Part shown: in pieces, positions 31,081 to 40,144 of the stretch
How the letters are laid out: each line of letters opens with the position of its first letter
Numbering within the stretch: position 1 is the stretch's first letter
Source of the DNA: an uncultured Pseudomonadota bacterium
GTDB lineage: Bacteria > Chloroflexota > UBA5177 > JAJPKF01
Assembly (NCBI GenBank): GCA_963836045.1
Contig: CAWIIC010000004.1
Location: 313,726 to 377,725 of the forward strand
Reading direction: 5' to 3'
DNA: 64,000 nucleotides
Notes under the pieces: model-generated
What the model was told of the DNA's origin: nothing
What the model saw: the letters and a program-made list of their open reading frames with translations, nothing else
Database searches by the model: none
Translations under genes and position numbers: made by a program

Positions 31081-33129
31081 CGACCACTGGATTGAGGTCG
31101 AGAGTCGAAAAATCGCCGCCAAGATCCACCGCCACGAGCGTCCCGCGATGCGCCACCATAGCTAGCGACTCGAGATCCACCAGGCCGCGCACTGCCGGAG
31201 TGCTCAACCACCGTCCGGCCGCCGTTTCTCCGATCAGTCGTAAGATCGCATCCTGAGAAATCGGGCATCTGGCAATGGCCACATCAGACCGGTTCTCTAC
31301 CTCTGGACCACCCCCTCCCACGATGACCATGAGGCCGAATCGTTCGTCCACGATCACCCCGACGTAAAACTCTAGGCCGCCTCCGGCCTGCGCCTGTACC
31401 ATGACCACCCCATCTCGCTCGAGGTCATCATAAGCAGCCAATAATGCGTCTTCGGTCTCCAACCCTAAACGGACGCCCCCAGCTCCTGGTGCGCCGAGTT
31501 CGCTACCTTGACCACGACCGGATAGCCTATCTCGCCCGCGGCGCGGACAGCCTCGATCTGGGAGGTCGCCTGCCGCCAAGATGCCACGGGTATCCCAGCA
31601 CGCTCGAACAGGCGCATCGTTGGATCTGCCGCTATCTGGCTCGACCCGCGAGGCGCCGGCTCCGCAAGCCTTCGCGCGTCGGATGCCCGCTGGAGACCAC
31701 CCACAGCAGCCCGTCCCAATCGTCGACATAATGCCGTCCCGCCGCCACCCACCTGGACCATGCCTCGTTGCTCTGCAGGCTGCACTCCGACCCCACGATG
31801 AGTCGCCCGGCCGCTCGATCCCAAACCGGGCCAACGGCATCCAGCAGGGCCTCCAGTCCCGGCATATCGTTGACGAGAAGCAGCACCGCGTCCGCGCCGT
31901 CATCCTCGACCAGCGCCTGGATGGCGCCTGCCCTCTCTTGCATCGAGCCGTCCGCCGCCTCGAGGTCGAGTGGATTGGAAATCGGCTGGAACAGCGCAAC
32001 GGCATCGCTTCCGTTTGCCGATTCTTCCCGATCCGTCATCAGCGGGACTTCCTTGCGTGAAGATATGGCGGAAGCTGGGTCGCGCCGGTCCTCCCCGTTC
32101 ACGGCGTTGGTCCCTTGCGTTCCGAGGACCGCCGCCGGCTTCCCTACCCTCATACGCGACACCGCCGACGGTCCGGGCAGCTCCAACCCGAGCTCATCAG
32201 CTCTGTCTGCCGCGATAGCGGCCAGCCCGCCCGAAACTGTCACCAGGAACATCCGCCGTCCTGGTGCCCCCAGTGCTGGGAATGCCGCGAGAAGCTCGTG
32301 CGGATCGCTCACCGTCACGACGCCAAGCTCCTTGGCTAGCCGCCCGAACATCCGGCCGTCGCTCGTCAGCGCTTGTGTGTGCGCGCGGGTTGCCCGCTGC
32401 CCAGTGGCGCTGGCGCCGCTCTTCAGCACGACCAGACGTTTACCGCTTGCCCGTAGCGCGTTCGCAGCCATCTCGAAACGCTGGACATCTATGTCCTCCA
32501 TGTACGCGGCCACGACCTGCAGCGGCTCCATGCACGCGATCTCGGTCAGAAAGTCTTCCACCGAGAGCTGGGCCTGGCTCCCCGTGGACACGCACAGTCC
32601 CAAGCCGAGCCCCAGATCCGCAGCCCGTGCATGAAGCACCCCCATCAAGGCGCCGCTCTGACTGACCAGCGCGAACGGGCCCGGCCGGAGTGGGCGTTCC
32701 AGACTGATCGAGCTCGAAAGCGCGGTCGACACATTGGCGTGAATGAGCCCGAGGCAATTCGGACCGAGGAGCGTTACATGGCCCTCATCCGCGATGGACC
32801 GAAGCTCTCTCTCCTGACCCAGCGAATCGCGGGCTAACACGACGGCTGCACTGGACACCGATTTCACCGGCCTCCCGCAGAACGTCGGGCACGGCTCCGC
32901 TCGGAATGGCCAGCACGGCGACGTCGGGCACGACATCGAGTGCGCTGAGAGAGGTGGCACATGGTCCGGACGTCACCGCTCCGGATCGCCGGTTGACCCC
33001 CACCGCTACCCCGCGAAAGTCGCGCCTCAGGTAGCGCCACGCACGCCCCCCATAACTCGTAGCCTCGTCGCTTGCGCCAACCACCGCAACGGCCCGCGGA
33101 TAGAGCAGGGCGTCGAGATGCCGTGCCAC
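31000..33129 (-). pseudogene. ADP-forming acetyl-CoA synthetase paralog (ACS#2), with at least two frameshifts
   Basis: The three domains lie in three frames: CoA-binding N-terminus (AVAVVGASDEATSYGGRAW...) at 32785..33129, the middle domains at 31632..32960, and the ATP-grasp (DPTMRLFERAGIPVASW... / GGVRLGLETEDALLAAYDDL...LDLNPVVV). Confidence 0.5.
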
Positions 33130-33131
33130 CC

Positions 33132-34106
33132 CTATCCCCGTCCCTCTTCCAGCAGCATCGCGCGCAGGCGCTGGACCGAGGTCTCGTCAGGCACATACAT
33201 CAATTCGATTCCCTCGACGGAGTTCGGGAGGCACTCGTTAACCATCGCGCGCCCCAGCGTCCCGTAAATGACGCACTCGCACCTGTCTAGCAGCCGCTTC
33301 AGTCGTCGGCGGTCACGCGTGTCTGTTGTGCCCGTGATGACCACGTTGGGATTGAAGGTTGTGACTCCTGTGATCATCCCATCGACGAACTCGAGGGAGC
33401 TTGCCACAATGCCGACCTGCGTTCCAGGCGGCAGATGAATGATCCGCTCCCGAACCTCCTCGCTCGGAGTCATCAACAAAGGAATGATCTCGAGGCCCTG
33501 ACCGTGCAACAGCGCTCGGGCCTGCTTTATATCGAACAAAAGAGCCAGCACGTGAGAAGCCCGCCGTAGCCTGGGGATCCACGCTTCCCGGTCGTTGGCC
33601 AGGTCCTCGAGGGATAAACCGCTGACCTCGACATTGAGATCAGCCAGGGAGTGGCGTAGCCGCATGGCCAGCTCCTCGAGTCGACCGTCGCGTTTCGACA
33701 CCATGACGACTTCCGGCTTCGCCAGCGCGACCCTCATCTCCGCCACGGCCGCCATGAAGATCTGCGTGACCTGATCCAGCGACAGCTCGTTCTGAACGGC
33801 ACGGTGTAGCAGCTGTTGAATTTCGTCACGGACTTCCCCGTGACTCCCGTGCCGGGACAGGTCGTTCCCCAGTACGAAATACCCCACGCCACCATTCGGC
33901 ACTGCTAGACCCGCAGCCTCTAGCTCGCCGTAAGCGCGAACCATCGTCGCGGTTCCTATGCCAAGTGCGCGCGAAACCTCGCGAATCGAAGGAAGCTTTG
34001 AGCCCGGCGGTAGTTGCCCCGTGACGATCAGGTACTCAAACTGACTCTTGAGCTGCAGAAATCGCGGGATTGGAGAGTCGCGCGTAATGTGCAAGTTCTC
34101 GATCAC
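33132..34106 (-). CDS. GntR-family transcriptional regulator with C-terminal periplasmic-binding-like domain
   Basis: N-terminal GntR wHTH (KLPSIREVSRALGIGTATMVRAYGELEAAGL), 324 aa. Paralog of the 14172 pseudogene. Confidence 0.8.
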   Translation of the reverse strand: MIENLHITRDSPIPRFLQLKSQFEYLIVTGQLPPGSKLPSIREVSRALGIGTATMVRAYGELEAAGLAVPNGGVGYFVLGNDLSRHGSHGEVRDEIQQLLHRAVQNELSLDQVTQIFMAAVAEMRVALAKPEVVMVSKRDGRLEELAMRLRHSLADLNVEVSGLSLEDLANDREAWIPRLRRASHVLALLFDIKQARALLHGQGLEIIPLLMTPSEEVRERIIHLPPGTQVGIVASSLEFVDGMITGVTTFNPNVVITGTTDTRDRRRLKRLLDRCECVIYGTLGRAMVNECLPNSVEGIELMYVPDETSVQRLRAMLLEEGRG

Positions 34107-34332
34107 GTATCCTCACGAACTACCGCGTACTGATACAGGGTGATACGCCAACCATATCACACTCCGATTGCGCAGTCCACTGCTCAACTCGGCATCCAGC
34201 TAGGGCACCTGAGACGACCTAAACATTGGCTGTCAACTTAACTCGCCAGGTCGGCCTACCCGGCCATACGGATCCGTCCCGCTACCGCAGACCGCGCTCG
34301 ATGGCTACTTGGGACGCGATAACTCGTCTCCT

Positions 34333-34758
34333 CTAGTAAACATCGAACTCGTTTCCTTCCGGGTCGACCATCGCCACGGCATAGTGCTCCAGGCCCTCTT
34401 GCTCGAGGGCTCGTATCTTGACCGCTCCTAGTCCCGTAAGGCGCTGAACCTCCCCTTCCACCAGCCGTCTTCGAGTGGACATGTCGTTGGAGCGGCCCCC
34501 ACTAACACTGATGTCGAAGTGAATTCTGTTCTTGACCACCTTGCTCTCCGGCACCCACTGAAACCAGATCCTCGGTCCCGCACCAGCCGGATCGACGATT
34601 GAATCTCCCTCTGGCCCAGCTCCTCTTCTGGCACCCCCGACAGTCCTCCGGTAACTATCCCAACTGACAAAGCCTGCTGGCGGATCCTCGATCTTGTGGC
34701 CCAAGGCTTCGGCCCAGAAACTGGCCTGTCGTTCCGGATTCGCACAGTCTACGACCAA
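34333..34758 (-). CDS. VOC/glyoxalase-like domain protein
   Basis: VVDCANPERQASFWAEALG is a typical glyoxalase-like N-terminus. 141 aa. Confidence 0.6.
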   Translation of the reverse strand: MVVDCANPERQASFWAEALGHKIEDPPAGFVSWDSYRRTVGGARRGAGPEGDSIVDPAGAGPRIWFQWVPESKVVKNRIHFDISVSGGRSNDMSTRRRLVEGEVQRLTGLGAVKIRALEQEGLEHYAVAMVDPEGNEFDVY

Positions 34759-35043
34759 CCTGTAACCGTCCAGTCACGTGTTGCCTCCTCTAAGTTCCTC
34801 GCGTTGTCGAGCCTAATGTTATCCCTGGTTCGAGGAGAGTCGGACCCAGGGTGCCGACGAGAAAGACAGGTATCCATAACCTTAAGCAACATATTGGTAC
34901 GCTACCGCATCGCGTGGGTTCCCATGGCCACCACTATCCCCAGGTTCCTCATTCGCGGACGAGATAACCGCGAGATCGCGTTCGGATGTCGCGGCTCCTC
35001 GGATGGCGAATCACTCAGAAACCGCCGAGGTTTTCGCTGGAAC

Positions 35044-36204
35044 TTAGTGGCGAGCCGAAATCCGTCGCCACATGCGGCCGGAGTCGAAAGTCACGTAGAT
35101 GTCGTGGCCAATTCGTGGCAGAACGAAGCCAACCCTGGTGGTTACGAAGTCGATCTGTGGCAGGACACCAGGCTGCGGGCCGGACCCGAACGCCGTGTGA
35201 CCGCTCATCACCGACCAGCCGGCGCCGCCATTCGTCGTACGGCGCAGCACGTGCTTAATGAGCACCCAGCTGGTGGTGGAGCTCAGCGCGCCATAGCTGT
35301 ACGGTGGGCCAATGTCGGATACACACCCACCTCCAAAGGCAACTGCATGCTTGTGCTGGCAGCTGATCTTCACCTGAATTGACTTCGAGGCGTGCCAGGT
35401 CGAACCACCATCGCCCGATCGATACAGGACGAAGGCAGAGGGAGACATGAGTGAGACCGGCATGGACAGGCGCGACCCCGTCACCCACACCAATCCGGCA
35501 TCGAAGTAGCTTACCTTGAATCCTGGCGTTTTGACGGCAAACTTAGACCAGGTCCGTCCCCCGTCGTTCGTGCGATACAGTTCCTGTATCTGAGTGGCGG
35601 CGAAGCACATGCCGGTCTTGAATCCAACCTTTGGTCCGGTGAAGGACAGATTGTTCAAGGCACCGTTGCAGCTCCCACTCTTCTGCGTCACCCTCCAACT
35701 GCTGCCACCGTCGGCGGTCCGGAGGATCGTGTACGTAATGCTGCCCGCGCCGGGCTGGCCGTAGAGCAGAAGCCAGCCGTGCAGCGGGTCGGAGAACAGG
35801 AGTTGCGTGGGAGCATTGGCCCACGCCGAATCCGGTATCACCTGCTCGTGCTCCGACCATGACCCACCGGCGTTGGTGGTATGGTAGCTCCGCAGCTTCT
35901 TAGATCCGGCAGACGCGACCACCCAAGCCTGACGGGTTCCCATGGAGGCAAATGTGACCCTGGTGAACCCGGACTGCCCAGGACCCTGGCGGATCTGGAG
36001 GACTGTCTTCCAGACGTGGCCCCCATCTGCCGTTCGGAGAATGCCGTCGGCTCCGACAGCCCAACCTTGCGTCGCGCTCGTCATGACAAGGTGACTCAAC
36101 TGCGGTCCGTTCGACGCAGTCGCCGGTACTCCCAGCGCCGTGCCGACAGATCCAAACATTGTCAGTACCACTACCACAACGATCAACCGCGCCTTCAGTG
36201 CCAT
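35044..36204 (-). CDS. secreted BNR/Asp-box repeat protein (paralog of 7849..9021)
   Basis: Signal peptide MALKARLIVVVVVLTMFGSVGTALG. Six SxDGGxxW motifs (TADGGHVWKTV, TNAGGSWSE, TADGGSSWRV, TNDGGRTWSKF, SGDGGSTWHAS, TTNGGAGWSVM). Confidence 0.7.
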   Translation of the reverse strand: MALKARLIVVVVVLTMFGSVGTALGVPATASNGPQLSHLVMTSATQGWAVGADGILRTADGGHVWKTVLQIRQGPGQSGFTRVTFASMGTRQAWVVASAGSKKLRSYHTTNAGGSWSEHEQVIPDSAWANAPTQLLFSDPLHGWLLLYGQPGAGSITYTILRTADGGSSWRVTQKSGSCNGALNNLSFTGPKVGFKTGMCFAATQIQELYRTNDGGRTWSKFAVKTPGFKVSYFDAGLVWVTGSRLSMPVSLMSPSAFVLYRSGDGGSTWHASKSIQVKISCQHKHAVAFGGGCVSDIGPPYSYGALSSTTSWVLIKHVLRRTTNGGAGWSVMSGHTAFGSGPQPGVLPQIDFVTTRVGFVLPRIGHDIYVTFDSGRMWRRISARH

Positions 36205-36399
36205 GAGCTCACCTCTATCCACAACATAGTTCGAACGAGCCCGCATGTCCAGGACCACGTTCCCTTTCCACGTCGAGTTCTGCTCGTGGCGAGAGGCGTC
36301 TGGAGCAGGAGGACGGCCCAGACCCCTTGCCGGTTCTGTCGATCGTCACTACTACATGGCTTGACGGAGACCTTCCCGCGCCGCAGCTTCCTTCGCCCG

Positions 36400-36590
36400 C
36401 CCGACGCTTGACCCTGCCGCCCGAGTCCGAAGATGGCGTTGGAACCCCTCCACGGCGACCATCGCCGCGACCACTCTAGCCGGTCCTCCCTGGCCGGGGC
36501 GCGGATCCCGGTTGTGGCGCGGTCATCCACGGCTCGCTGGTAGCGGTCGCCTGAAACTGAAAACTGAAAACTGAAAACTGACCCAGCGTC
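36400..36590 (+). repeat. heptad-tailed intergenic element (family 1)
   Basis: ccacggcgaccatcgccgcgaccact...gcggtcgcctgaaactgaaaactgaaaactgaaaactga. Confidence 0.75.
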
Positions 36591-36635
36591 ACGCTGGCTC
36601 CCCAGGCTCAAGGGCTAACTTTACATGCTGGCTCG

Positions 36636-37307
36636 CTATGAACTGAGGTCCCAGAACGGCTCCCTGAGCCCAAGGCTTCGAAAAACAGACTGCGCGTCGG
36701 CGACGGTCCGGCGACGCCAATCGGGCCGCAGCCTATCCGAGTACCATATGTCGGCCAGTTGCCACATGGTCTCCAGAGGAATGGTGGCCCGGACGTCGAT
36801 ACCTACGTTCGCTGCCCACCTGCTCTCGTGCTCCTCCGACCGGAAGAGAAGCATGGTCGTTCAGGTGTAGATGATGTCATCCCACCAGTGGGTAGCCGGA
36901 ACGCCGACGGTCGCGACGCCAGTTCCCGAAACAATCGAGCCGGCGGCGACCTCCAGTGTCTGACTAGCTCCGCAATCGGCACACTCGGCCGCCATGGTTC
37001 CTGTCCCGCCCAGGCAGGCGATGATGCCGAGCCCATCCCACACACAATTGCCGAAGTAGGAGCGGTCGCCCACAGTCACGGAGAACGGAGTCGGCACCGC
37101 TGAGAATGGGTTGGCCATGCGCAAGCGGTCGTCAGTGCCAGGTTCGAGCACGAAAACGTGCTCGCGATGAAGCTCGTGGAACGCGGCTACAACTTCGTCT
37201 TTGCTGACTACGAGTGCCCCGGCCACAGTACTGGCGTCCGGCACCGTCCCACTGTCGCGGGTAGCCCTCATGACCGCCAAGCGAACACTTTCGATAAAAG
37301 GTTCCAT
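36636..37307 (-). CDS. MerB-like organomercurial lyase homolog with an in-frame TGA aligned to catalytic Cys159; candidate selenoprotein, or else a nonsense pseudogene
   Basis: The N-terminal part (36864..37307) aligns to MerB: TVAGALVVSKDEVVAAF matches TLAGILDWPAERVAAVL, GDRSYFGNCVWD matches DDRRLYAWCALD (Cys96/Asp99), and AECADCG matches SHCAATG. TGA is at 36861..36863. Downstream in-frame TTMLLFRSEEHESRW matches CHVHFFASVPTAEDW. Confidence 0.6.
36831..36848 (-). promoter_or_regulatory. candidate bacterial SECIS-like hairpin (CUCUUCC-GGUC-GGAGGAG) 12 nt downstream of the MerB-like TGA
   Basis: 7-bp stem with one G·U pair. The 4-nt GGUC apical loop resembles the SelB-binding loop of E. coli fdhF. 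Spacing from the UGA fits the bacterial SECIS range. Confidence 0.3.
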
Positions 37308-37363
37308 GCGCCGCCTCTCAAGAGAAGATTCGTCGTACTGCTACCATCCGCTTTCCTCGCGGG

Positions 37364-38767
37364 TCACTTGACATCCTCGCACCTCGCCCGGCTCGTGCAC
37401 TGACTGGGTATCCAGTCTGTCGCCCGGTAGTCCTTGGTCACTTTAAAGTCCAGAAACTTCAGCAGGGTGCCACCCGCGGCCGACGAGAATGCGAGATAGA
37501 GGTTGTAGTGTATCGCCGTGAGATTCTCGCCGCAATCGGCCTCGTGGAAAGCAAAGAAGTTCGCGGGGCGACCGCAGAAAGACGCCTCGTATAGCTTCAT
37601 GGTCATGTGCTGAGGACTCTTGTGCGGAACGACGGCCAGATTGGTGGCATACGTGCCGAGCAGCTCACTCAGCTTGTCCGCGTATGGCACCTCTCCAAGC
37701 CACTGCTGGAGATGTGAGCCCACTTCATTGCTGAGGATGGGGTTGCTTATGTAGTGGGTGATGAGATCGGCGAGGCCCGGACTGTGGAAGTCGGTGAGGC
37801 CGTGATCGGCGATGTGGAACTTGCCCTGAAACCACTCGACCAGCGCGAAGCTCGCAATGGGTCCGTACAACGGTACACCCTTGGCCAGCGCATGCAGGGC
37901 GCCCCTGAGAGGCGCGTCGCTGGTCACGGCCGCCACTCGATCGAGCATCCTGTCGATCGCCTTCAGGTGCACCTTGTTGGTGATGGAGGGGACCCGATTG
38001 TCGTGCCATTCGACCAGCGCGCCTTCTTCGTCCGGGGCCAGCGAGATGTTGTGAACCGCGTAGAAGAGGTGGGGCTCAACGGGCAAAGGCTGTTCGCCGT
38101 ATCCATTCGCGGCAGGACAAGAGTTCAGACACTTGCTGGCTTTCGCCGAGATGGTCGTCGTAACCTCGGCTCTGACTCCCGGAGCCCAGTACCGGAGAAA
38201 AGCCATTCCCTGACCATCGGTAGTGGCCTTGGTAATCCCGGTGGTGCACTTGCGGCTTCCAGCCTCAAAGATGGAGCCCACGTCGCACAGGTAGCCACCA
38301 CCCTGAGCTCCGTTGACGACCTCTGCGCCTCCGAGGTGCGTGACGCTTGCCTCAACCTGCGCGCCATCGACCGCCTGCCCTTGGCTATCCTTGACGGTCA
38401 CGAGCACGTTGGTGCAACCGGAGACGCACGTATCCTCGAAGTCGCTCTGGTGAAGTCCCTTCTTCAGGAAGCCCGCCTGAGGCGAATCCCCGGGCAGATA
38501 CGAGGCGCCTGACGTGAGAGGACTGGTCAGCGGCGTTACGGTAACATCCAGACTGCACTCGTCTTGCGCCGCCTGGCCGTGGGGAGTCCCAGAGCGCAGC
38601 GAGTTGCCTGAGGACCCGGTAGTGCATCCGTAGGTGTAGTTGTCTGCTGAAGAAGCTGCGCTTGTGATGCCTCCCGCATTCACCCGCACGTCCGTGAGCA
38701 GCTTGGAGATGCTACTCATCTGAGGCCGCGCGTCGGCAGTCACGGCGGTGATGCGTGTGTCGCTCAC
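37364..38767 (-). CDS. hypothetical Cys-rich protein (467 aa)
   Basis: Long ORF with no recognisable domain. Its last roughly 55 codons are duplicated at 39860..40030. Confidence 0.5.
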   Translation of the reverse strand: MSDTRITAVTADARPQMSSISKLLTDVRVNAGGITSAASSADNYTYGCTTGSSGNSLRSGTPHGQAAQDECSLDVTVTPLTSPLTSGASYLPGDSPQAGFLKKGLHQSDFEDTCVSGCTNVLVTVKDSQGQAVDGAQVEASVTHLGGAEVVNGAQGGGYLCDVGSIFEAGSRKCTTGITKATTDGQGMAFLRYWAPGVRAEVTTTISAKASKCLNSCPAANGYGEQPLPVEPHLFYAVHNISLAPDEEGALVEWHDNRVPSITNKVHLKAIDRMLDRVAAVTSDAPLRGALHALAKGVPLYGPIASFALVEWFQGKFHIADHGLTDFHSPGLADLITHYISNPILSNEVGSHLQQWLGEVPYADKLSELLGTYATNLAVVPHKSPQHMTMKLYEASFCGRPANFFAFHEADCGENLTAIHYNLYLAFSSAAGGTLLKFLDFKVTKDYRATDWIPSQCTSRARCEDVK

Positions 38768-38811
38768 GACGGCGATGTTGCTCGCCGGGAGGGCCGTGCC
38801 TCCTGGCGGCG

Positions 38812-39733
38812 TCAGGGCGACGCCGACGTTGTCACCCGGGGAGCCGAAGCCGGTCCCGCTGATAGTGATTGCCGTTCCTCCCTTCGACGGGCCATCCGTC
38901 GGGCTAACACTGGAAACGGTAGGACCCGGGCGATGTGTATGGCCATGGTGAACCCGGCTCCATCGCTCGTGAGGTTGGAGGTGGCGATGGTGATGACGTT
39001 TGCTCCATCCAGGTTCACCTGAGCAAGGTCGTTCACGTGGGCAAGTGATTCGCCATCGACGGTCACGCTGCTGAACGAAACCTGACTAAACTCGCCCAGG
39101 CCATATCCCGGATCAGGGAATCCGCCAATCTGCGTCGAGACGACTGTCGCCCCCGAACCCGCGAAGGCCTGAGCTTGCCCATCCGTGTGATCGTCGTACG
39201 AAACCGTGGTCCCCGATGGCGTGACGTTGTCCGTGAGCGTGATGACGTCACCGGGGTATGCCCTGCCGAAACCGTAGCGGTTGTACCGAATGCCTGGAAT
39301 CTCGAAGTCAAACCGGTAGATCGGCTGATATGCTCCGCACAGGTTCTGGCTATAGACGGTCGACTGTCCTCCGACCGAGGTCGACTCGAGAATGCCAACG
39401 TCGAGGGAGCCCACGTAGGATGCCTTGCAGGTAAGAGCGGGCTCGACGAAAGTGACGGACACGCTGCTGGAGGTCTCGGTCCTTGTCCACGCGTACCCGG
39501 CCGAGTTGCTGCTCGGCACGATCCCAACCCTGACGTTGGGAAGCTGGTTGGAGCGAATGACCGTTGGGCGCGGGTTTCGGTGCGAAGAAAGCGGTGGCCG
39601 GCCCAGCGTTGGTGGAGGTGGGCAGCCATACCGAGAGGAAGGCAACCAGAAGCGCCGCGATCCAGCCGACGACCCTGAGAGGGAACCCGGCGTGAGTATC
39701 TGCTTCACTTCCTTCGGACAGGTGATGAGTCAT
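38812..39733 (-). CDS. hypothetical membrane-anchored/secreted protein, frameshift near 39570
   Basis: N-terminus MTHHLSEGSEADTHAGFPLRVVGWIAALLVAFLSVWLPTSTNAG in one frame. It continues as ...IRSNQLPNVRVGIVPSSNSAGYAWTRTETSSSVSVTF... in the -1 frame. Confidence 0.4.
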
Positions 39734-40055
39734 CGCGTTTCCTTTCGTGGCATGTCTTCAATGATGCGGTTCGATCGCAGGCGCCGAGGGCGCTCAACTG
39801 CCGCGTGCCCAGAGCGCGGACGCCCGGCCGGTGCTCCGTCCCGGCTGGGCGCCGCGGTCGCGTGACATCCTCGCACTTTGCGCGGCTCGTGCACTGACTG
39901 GGTATCCAGTCTGTCGCCCGGCAGTTCCTGGTCGCTTTGAAGTCCAGATACTTCAGAACGGCGCCACCCGCGGCCGACGAGAATGCGAGATAGAGGTTGT
40001 AGTGCATCGCCCTAAGATCGTGAGCAGGCGTCGGTCTGGTCATGGTTTGACTCAC
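39705..40055 (-). CDS. hypothetical ORF carrying a duplicated 3' fragment of gene 37364..38767
   Basis: HYNLYLAFSSAAGGAVLKYLDFKATRNCRATDWIPSQCTSRAKCEDV is near-identical to the C-terminus of the 467-aa protein. Confidence 0.3.
   Translation of the reverse strand: MSQTMTRPTPAHDLRAMHYNLYLAFSSAAGGAVLKYLDFKATRNCRATDWIPSQCTSRAKCEDVTRPRRPAGTEHRPGVRALGTRQLSALGACDRTASLKTCHERKRDDSSPVRRK
39860..40030. repeat. about 170-bp near-identical duplicate of 37364..37540 (3' end of the 467-aa hypothetical gene)
   Basis: Nucleotide identity is over 85% by eye (gacatcctcgca...ggctcgtgcactgactgggtatccagtctgtcgcccgg...gccgacgagaatgcgagatagaggttgtagtg). Confidence 0.8.
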
Positions 40056-40117
40056 AGTAGATACGCGCGACTTTGAAGAATCCTCGGTTCGGTGCCCATG
40101 TCTTGCAACGAGTTTAG

Positions 40118-40144
40118 ACGGATGTCCACGACTTGTCTATGCAG
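40118..40144. promoter_or_regulatory. perfect 10-bp inverted repeat ATGAACATGA-n7-TCATGTTCAT in an AT-rich intergenic stretch (possible operator)
   Basis: Read directly from the sequence (atgaacatgaattgaaatcatgttcat). AT-rich island in a GC-rich genome, upstream of the 39705..40055 ORF. Confidence 0.3.

Noticed and set aside
34107-34332. Imperfect inverted repeat GTGATAC-n9-ATATCAC upstream of the GntR gene as its operator
   Set aside because: It is only a 6/7 match with a non-canonical spacer. That is too weak to call without comparative data.
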